From NCBI GenBank assembly GCA_963779615.1, contig CAVZZA010000003.1, forward strand, positions 992,001-1,056,000: a stretch of 64,000 nucleotides of DNA, given 5' to 3'. A program made the translations under genes and the position numbers. This document shows positions 57,691 through 64,000 of this stretch, in pieces. The notes under the pieces were generated by a model. That model saw only the letters and a list, made by a program, of their open reading frames with translations. It had not been told where the DNA came from and searched no databases. How positions within the stretch are numbered: the first letter of the stretch is position 1; each line of letters starts with the position of its first letter. This DNA is from an uncultured Nitrososphaeraceae archaeon. Its GTDB lineage: Archaea; Thermoproteota; Nitrososphaeria; Nitrososphaerales; Nitrososphaeraceae.

Positions 57691-58200
57691 CTATTTTGAG
57701 GTATTGTTTCCAAGGTTCAATATGCCGCCTACACCTTTATTCAATGCATCACCAATAGCCTCTGGAGCTTTCTTCAAGGTCCCTTCAAGGGTATTATTTG
57801 CAGCGTTTACTTTATTATTTGTATAATTTACAGTATTGGGCACCTCGTTACTAGGATATTTAGCAGCCTCGGATTGAACATCAGTCCCATTTCCACCAGA
57901 AACAGCAGTTAATGTATTATTAGCAGGCAAAGATCCATTGCTTGGGTATCTAGTATCGGGCACTGTTACACCTTTTTCGGCTTGTTGAGCCAGGTCTACA
58001 GCATTATTTACAGAATTGGGGCCGGTTTTTACTGGGATGTCTGGTGCTTGTCCAGATTGACCGACTTGACCCGTATCCATAGAACCACCTGCATTGCCTG
58101 GTGCTTGCCCATGAGCAAATTGTATTAAAGGTATTAAAAATACCGAAAGTAACAACACAGAAATTAATTTTATCATTATTACTTTAGTACATGCAATCAT
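57691..58200 (-). CDS. Secreted low-complexity (G/N/Q/A-rich) protein
   Basis: Signal peptide ending AHG-Q; YPSN occurs twice. Confidence 0.7.
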   Translation of the reverse strand: MIACTKVIMIKLISVLLLSVFLIPLIQFAHGQAPGNAGGSMDTGQVGQSGQAPDIPVKTGPNSVNNAVDLAQQAEKGVTVPDTRYPSNGSLPANNTLTAVSGGNGTDVQSEAAKYPSNEVPNTVNYTNNKVNAANNTLEGTLKKAPEAIGDALNKGVGGILNLGNNTSK

Positions 58201-58588
58201 TTAAATCTCTTGCTGAAAAAATAATGCATTATTGAAACTGATGCAAGCATCGATTCATCATTACAATACAACCACTTTGTACATTGTTCATGTCATGAAT
58301 CATGAATAAACTAATCACTAAAATCTGTCATTCCGTCATGAAACAAACCCAAAGTACGTGTCATGTTTATACAAGATGGTCATAACAAAAATGGCGTATT
58401 TGCAATAATGTCATGATGATGCAAAACTGTTACCAATAGATTTTCTCTCATTACATGTGATTACTAAATCAATTGCAAAGATAACAAAAACAATGTGTTA
58501 TCACCCAATAGCAAATGGTTGATAAATGGAAAACTCAAAAATGCAAAAATAATTTTTTTATTATAACAAAAAATAATAGATGTTTTTT

Positions 58589-59584
58589 TTAGTTTTTAGT
58601 ATTTTTTATCATGTGATTGTAATTCAATCCACTTCCTGATTGTTTAGCAGACCATTCTGTAAACTGCCTTAAACCGTGTTCAAAGGTTACCTGGGGATGA
58701 AAATTAATTATTTTTTTAGCCTTTATTATTGAAGATATACTTGCTTGTATATCGCCTAGCCTGCTTTTGAAAAATTCATGTTTTATTCTCCCGTTACCCA
58801 TCAAACGCGACAATATATTAATTAGATCTATAACTGTGGTGCCCTGCCCCGTGCCTATATTAAAAACCTCTCCAGCGGCATTTTTTGATGACATGGAAAG
58901 CATATTTGCTTTTACAATATCAGCTACGTTAATAAAGTCCCTTATTTGCAGCCCGTCGCCAAAAATTACCGGATTTAGGTTTTTTAACACCCTGTTCACA
59001 AAAATTGTTATTACACCACTGTAGGGATTGTTACTTTGTCGGGATCCAAATACATTAAAATATCTCAAGGACACACATTCAAGCCCATAAGTTTTCCAAT
59101 AAGAATGAAGGTAATTCTCGACAGCGAGTTTAGAAGAACCATAAGGCGAAGTTGGCCTGCAAATCATATCTTCATGCAGTATATTTGATTTAACATCACC
59201 ATAAACTGCGGATGACGATGCAAAAATCAATTTTTTTACTTTTGATTTGACACAGTAGTCCAACACCTCCATCGAAGAGCTAACATTCGCTTTAAAGACA
59301 GATTTGGGATCCTGTACAGATTTGACAACGCTAGCGATTGCAGCTTGGTGAAAAACAACGTCAATATCTTTGACATCTTTTAAAATTTGGCTTATATCAG
59401 AAATATTGCCTACCATTGTATGCAATAACCTGTTATTCTTGTTTTTTGACAAGTTATTGATATTTCCGCTGCTTAAATCATCAATGACATAAGTTTCTAT
59501 TCCCCTATCAAGTAATTCATCAACTAAATGGCTTCCTATAAAACCCGCTCCCCCCGTAACCAATGCGCGATTAATAGATTTCAT
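58589..59584 (-). CDS. NAD-dependent epimerase/dehydratase (GalE/WbpP-like)
   Basis: TGGAGFIGSH, ASSSAVYG, YGSSK, LRYFNVFG. Confidence 0.93.
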   Translation of the reverse strand: MKSINRALVTGGAGFIGSHLVDELLDRGIETYVIDDLSSGNINNLSKNKNNRLLHTMVGNISDISQILKDVKDIDVVFHQAAIASVVKSVQDPKSVFKANVSSSMEVLDYCVKSKVKKLIFASSSAVYGDVKSNILHEDMICRPTSPYGSSKLAVENYLHSYWKTYGLECVSLRYFNVFGSRQSNNPYSGVITIFVNRVLKNLNPVIFGDGLQIRDFINVADIVKANMLSMSSKNAAGEVFNIGTGQGTTVIDLINILSRLMGNGRIKHEFFKSRLGDIQASISSIIKAKKIINFHPQVTFEHGLRQFTEWSAKQSGSGLNYNHMIKNTKN

Positions 59585-59625
59585 TTATCGCATCCACCCT
59601 TGAAAATAGAATAAAAAAGATATCT

Positions 59626-59835
59626 TTAGGATATATTCCACTGTGTATTCACCATTTGAAACTCAAATATAATTGACAATAAACTAATGAATAGAGTAAA
59701 ACTAATGATCAATATTATTGTATAGTACGTTTGTTCGCTTTTTAATTTCTTACCTTTTGAGGTACAAATTCCAACTATAAGCATCACCATATAGAATAAC
59801 CCCCCAATTCCAGATATCGAAGATCCTGCAGACAT
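59626..59835 (-). CDS. Small two-TM membrane protein
   Basis: Two hydrophobic segments; 10 bp downstream of the GT2 gene. Confidence 0.65.
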   Translation of the reverse strand: MSAGSSISGIGGLFYMVMLIVGICTSKGKKLKSEQTYYTIILIISFTLFISLLSIIFEFQMVNTQWNIS

Positions 59836-59845
59836 GTCCTATTCA

Positions 59846-60949
59846 CTAATGTCCCTTTTCATAAATCGTTAGCCTTTTTTTCAGCACAACTTCTGAAATA
59901 AACGCTTCATAAGTATAATAGATATTTACTATTTTAAGGAGGATAAAAGATGGCAAGCAAGCAATAACTTTTTTAAGATATTTTATTTTATATCCAATTA
60001 TCATAGACGGTATCAAAAAAAGTAATATATCTATCACAAATGTAAATACCATCAATGAATAATTTTGCGAAAGTATAGATATCAAAGGCAACACAATCAG
60101 TAACAATAGTGATCCCAATACCGCATCTATTGTTCCCACCATAACTTGCTCCCTTAAACCAGGGATTTTCATTATCTTCTTTCTATGCAACATCACATTT
60201 TGAAACCAACCGTGGGACCAACGTTTAAGTTGTTTAGACATTAATTTGAAATTATCAGGCTCTAATGGAAAGCAGAAAGATTCAGGAAAACATTGCACAG
60301 ACTTTCCACTTTCATAAAATGACCAGGTTAGGTCTATATCTTCCAACATCGTTCTTGCGCTCCAACCTCCAATTTTCTTTACATCATCGGTATTAAAAAT
60401 AGAAAAGCAACCTGAAATGGTCAACGGTCTCCCATACCATTGCTGAATCCTTTTTGAGAAGGAGAATACAAACATATATTCGATAAATCTGGCGCGTTCC
60501 CAAACAGTCTCGATTTTTTGTGGAAGAACAAAATTGCAACAGGCTGAGGTTTCAGGATGCTGTTCCATAAACTGAAACATTTTTTCTACAGTATCCTCCT
60601 TTATAATAGTATCAGCATCAATAGATATTACATATTTGCTTTTTATGAAAGGAAGTGCAAATGACTGAGCTTTTGCTTTATTTCCAGTATTTTCTGGTGT
60701 TCTTATAACAGTAGCGCCATAAGACTTTGCAACGGCTCCAGTGTTGTCAGAAGAAAAATCATCAACCACGATAATCTCTTCAGTTAAACATGTTTGGTTT
60801 TTTAAACTATCAAGTGTTTTATGAATAGTCGCTTCTTCATTGTAAGCTGGTATCACTATAACAACAGGTAACACTTTAGTCTGTTCATATAAAACTGAAT
60901 CTGCAGGCTGTTTGATATTCAACGATCGACTCTTATCCTGTCTATTCAC
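59846..60949 (-). CDS. Processive GT2 glycosyltransferase (IcaA/PgaC/cellulose synthase-like)
   Basis: IPAYNEE, VDDFSSD, DAD, LED, QLKRW, C-terminal TMs. Confidence 0.9.
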   Translation of the reverse strand: MNRQDKSRSLNIKQPADSVLYEQTKVLPVVIVIPAYNEEATIHKTLDSLKNQTCLTEEIIVVDDFSSDNTGAVAKSYGATVIRTPENTGNKAKAQSFALPFIKSKYVISIDADTIIKEDTVEKMFQFMEQHPETSACCNFVLPQKIETVWERARFIEYMFVFSFSKRIQQWYGRPLTISGCFSIFNTDDVKKIGGWSARTMLEDIDLTWSFYESGKSVQCFPESFCFPLEPDNFKLMSKQLKRWSHGWFQNVMLHRKKIMKIPGLREQVMVGTIDAVLGSLLLLIVLPLISILSQNYSLMVFTFVIDILLFLIPSMIIGYKIKYLKKVIACLPSFILLKIVNIYYTYEAFISEVVLKKRLTIYEKGH

Positions 60950-61795
60950 ACACTATTATAATAATAAAAATATATATAAAGGTATTATACCAAACACGTA
61001 TTTTATAGTTCCTAACACTAGAAATCAGTCCAAGACATTACAAAAAGCTAAGAAGAAGCGCATAATAAAAACGATTTTCAATGGATAAACATATTATACT
61101 ACAAAAGACGATTAAATACAATTGTTATCCATATTTGTCTGTTAATATAATTGAAATGATTGAAGTCTTGAGTAACTTTCTTTTTACCATCAACAGGTTT
61201 TTGCAATTTTTCAAAATCCAACCAATAAATTGGTTTAAGACAAAGGTAGGTTTGATTCTTTAGTTAATTAGTTTAATAGCGTTTACTAAATGATGACATA
61301 TGATATCAGAGAGAAACATCCTTAAATGAATAAGAACAACATGACATATTTTAGTTATAGAGTTAATCTAATTTTGAGCCTCTATTGATTTTCCAATTGT
61401 ATATAAGGTCTATACCTTTTTGTATATATTTATCATCTTAAAAATGGTATATGTCTTTCATTGTACATCGGGTTAATTAGACATTTTCAATAGCATATTC
61501 ATATTGCCATTTTTTACCGCCCGGTATGCTAAATTCTAGTTTATTACATTAACACATGATATCAATCAAAACCTACAGGTTATCCAAATCTTTACTTTGA
61601 ACACAATTTTGATAATTCAAATCATTTTGAGTTGACAATACACAGCATCATCAAAAATCGACAGATGCAAAGGATGTTTAATTGCGGGTTTTTAGATTTA
61701 CAATGACATAAAAACAAATAAAAATAAATTAATTAAATTCATTAAAAAAGGCTGGATTTTTATTTGTCTCGTGTAAGGTATATCTCATTATTTAT

Positions 61796-62353
61796 TTATT
61801 TGTTACCCCCAAATAGACCACTTAAAGTTTGACCTATCTGATCTAGAGGCCCCTTACTCTGATTTTGCCCTGATTGTTGTTGACCTTGGCCGGTTTGATT
61901 TTGCCCTGATTGTTGTTGACCTTGGCCGGTTTGATTTTGCCCTGATTGTTGTTGACCTTGGCCGGTTTGATTTTGCTGAGGTGTTGATTGATCTAGAGCT
62001 GGTCCAGCTTGACCTTGTGGATTATGACCAAGTTTTTGTTCATCTGTTTCTTGTCCTGCTTTGGATTTATCAGTGTCTTGCTCCAATTGCATACCAGAAG
62101 ATAATGAACTGTTTGAAATAGAAGTGTTATTAGCAAGCAAATCCTTATTTCCTTTGGAACCTGTCAAATTCTGGAGTTCCTCAAATGTTCCTGCGCCTTG
62201 TTGTTGTGAGCCATTACCAGTATTGGTAGTGTTTTGTGCAAAGACAGATGGCAAAAAGCTTGAAGTATAAAGCAAACCAGAAATTCCTACAATGATAAAT
62301 ATCGCTATTGTATGTTTGGCAACGTTCATTTTAAATCTCATTGTATTAAGCAA
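61796..62353 (-). CDS. Secreted Gln/Gly-rich repeat protein
   Basis: Signal peptide ending VFA-Q; (GQNQTGQGQQQS)n. Confidence 0.8.
   Translation of the reverse strand: MLNTMRFKMNVAKHTIAIFIIVGISGLLYTSSFLPSVFAQNTTNTGNGSQQQGAGTFEELQNLTGSKGNKDLLANNTSISNSSLSSGMQLEQDTDKSKAGQETDEQKLGHNPQGQAGPALDQSTPQQNQTGQGQQQSGQNQTGQGQQQSGQNQTGQGQQQSGQNQSKGPLDQIGQTLSGLFGGNK
61860..61976. repeat. 36-bp perfect tandem repeat, about 3.2 copies
   Basis: TGATTTTGCCCTGATTGTTGTTGACCTTGGCCGGTT. Confidence 0.92.
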
Positions 62354-62481
62354 TATAATAAAGTTTTTATTTTTATTTTATGACATAGTATTTTAACAAA
62401 ACTATATTAAATTTTAATATAAACTATAAAGAATAAATAAAAATTTTTAGCATATGCATATAATATTCCATGGGATAAAAA

Positions 62482-63021
62482 TCATTCTGCCTTAATTTCT
62501 AATTGGACTTTTATTGAATGATCGGTAATTTGTATTTCGCAATCCTTCTCAAGCATGTTTGTGAATAACGATTTTAAAAACCCAAGCAAAAATTTTGAAC
62601 CCTTAAGCCCTAATCTATGCCTAATTACGATTATTTTATTATTTGATTCTGTTATTTCATCATATGTCCCGATTCTTCCATATGTACACAATACTTTCTC
62701 AATATACTCAATAACTGATTCGACTGTTACATGTTTTTTCCAAAATAAAATGGTGTCATTGGGCAACTCTTTTCCCATTTCCAATCCTAGGTTATAAGCC
62801 TGATCCTCATCACCACATTCTAACATGCTCCTAAAGATTTCACGATTAATAACAATCATATCCAGTTTGGATTGGAATCTGGTAAACTCGGTATATTGTT
62901 TGAGAATAGAATTCATCATTGCATTAACAGATATCCCCATTCGATCGGATTCATTCTGTAAAATGTCGGAAAATACCTTATCTATACGAAAAGATCTCAC
63001 AGATGATGACGAGGGAGACAA
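62482..63021 (-). CDS. Ribbon-helix-helix N-terminus plus V4R-like domain, putative regulator
   Basis: VRSFRID...LQNESDRMGISVNAMMNSIL; IRHRLGLKGSKF. Confidence 0.7.
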   Translation of the reverse strand: MSPSSSSVRSFRIDKVFSDILQNESDRMGISVNAMMNSILKQYTEFTRFQSKLDMIVINREIFRSMLECGDEDQAYNLGLEMGKELPNDTILFWKKHVTVESVIEYIEKVLCTYGRIGTYDEITESNNKIIVIRHRLGLKGSKFLLGFLKSLFTNMLEKDCEIQITDHSIKVQLEIKAE

Positions 63022-63060
63022 ATGCTGTCAATACTATAGGGTATATCAATACCTTAAATT

Positions 63061-63116
63061 TGTAACTGTATGTAATCAATTGTAACCTGATTTAACAATT
63101 TGTAATTAATGTAAAC
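63061..63116. promoter_or_regulatory. Array of TGTAA motifs at 10-bp periodicity in a divergent promoter
   Basis: TGTAAC 63061, TGTAAT 63071, TGTAAC 63081, TTTAAC 63091, TGTAAT 63101, TGTAAA 63110. Confidence 0.6.
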
Positions 63117-63153
63117 ATTGTCTTAAATATTGACTATTACCATTGTCTTAATT

Positions 63154-64000
63154 GTGAAAAGCAGTCAACAACGCCTCCATCTCATGCACAAAAGTACAGA
63201 TCATAAGCACTCCATTATATATGACTATGAAAATGGTGAAAAAATTTGCAATGTCTGTGGCACAGTGGTTAAAGATAAAATAGTTGATGAGGAACTAGAA
63301 AATGGATTTCCTAAACGTAAGAGCGAATGCAACACCATTTTGCCATATTCACTCACACTATATGATCAAGGAATATCCACCACAATGGCTGATTCATATA
63401 GATTCAAATCAAATGAATGGTCAACCAATCAAAAAGACCATTATAAGATGGATTTTCTAAATAAGATTGTAAGTTACTCCAACGAGAAAAGAAATTTGAA
63501 GATAGCCATAGATATGCTAAATCGCTTAAAGGATAAGATCCACCTCACGTCCGCGTGTATTGAAGAAGCTTTTTCATACTATCGAAAGGCATTGGAGACA
63601 GGTTTGATAAAAGGCCGCTCAATCAAAGAGATGATCATAGCTTGTGTTTACATAACCTGTAAAAAAATTAGTCTCCCAAGAACTTTATCTGAAATTTCAA
63701 AAATAGTCAATGGAAATGAAATTTTTGCAGCCAGATGTTATCGCCTTCTTGCAAGGGAGTTTAAAATCGTGTATACCCAATCCGATCCAGTTATCTTTTT
63801 GCATAAGATAGCCAATGAATCAAAGGTAAGTGAAAAAACCACCAGAAAAGCTTTAGATATATTGCTATCCATAAGGAAAAATGAAATATTTGTTGGAAAA
63901 GACCCTCTATCAATCGCTGCGGCAATTTTGTATGCTGTATGCAGAAAAAATAAGGAAAAAGTATCTCAATCAAAGATAGCGTATTCTGCAAATATTAATA
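63154..64000 (+). CDS. tfb: Transcription initiation factor IIB paralog (runs off the window end; start uncertain)
   Basis: IYDYENGEKICNVCGTV Zn ribbon; EKRNL..A, YRKA...LIKGRSI, PRTLSEI, GKDP...AAA.LY. Confidence 0.9.
   Translation, partial: MKSSQQRLHLMHKSTDHKHSIIYDYENGEKICNVCGTVVKDKIVDEELENGFPKRKSECNTILPYSLTLYDQGISTTMADSYRFKSNEWSTNQKDHYKMDFLNKIVSYSNEKRNLKIAIDMLNRLKDKIHLTSACIEEAFSYYRKALETGLIKGRSIKEMIIACVYITCKKISLPRTLSEISKIVNGNEIFAARCYRLLAREFKIVYTQSDPVIFLHKIANESKVSEKTTRKALDILLSIRKNEIFVGKDPLSIAAAILYAVCRKNKEKVSQSKIAYSANIN

Noticed and set aside
61860-61976. 36-bp repeats as a CRISPR array
   Set aside because: No spacers, in-frame coding, no cas genes
63791-63991. 66-aa minus-strand ORF
   Set aside because: Antisense to the TFB gene

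Overview
Low-GC archaeal chromosome segment. Gene content (CDC48, PCNA, TFS, RpoL, TFE-beta-like, TFB, AcnX, a Rieske/cytochrome b/blue-copper complex III, BHB-intron tRNAs) points to an ammonia-oxidising Nitrososphaeraceae archaeon, most like Ca. Nitrosocosmicus (inference). About 1-15.7 kb is a decaying accessory island ending at an integrase remnant next to tRNA-Val(GAC). It holds IS6 and IS5 scraps, pseudogenes, fused gene fragments, two secreted proteins sharing a Q/N-rich two-Cys module, and a multi-TM plus Venus-flytrap fusion protein. About 16-57 kb is mostly housekeeping. Many essential genes between about 32 and 57 kb are split by small indels, most likely sequencing or assembly errors. 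About 57.3-63 kb, after tRNA-Asp, holds a GT2 / small membrane protein / epimerase operon flanked by low-complexity secreted proteins. It is followed by an RHH-type regulator divergent from a TFB paralog, with a 10-bp-phased TGTAA array between them. Three tRNAs are present: one with two introns, one with a D-loop intron and one without introns. All calls are from motif recognition; no searches were run.
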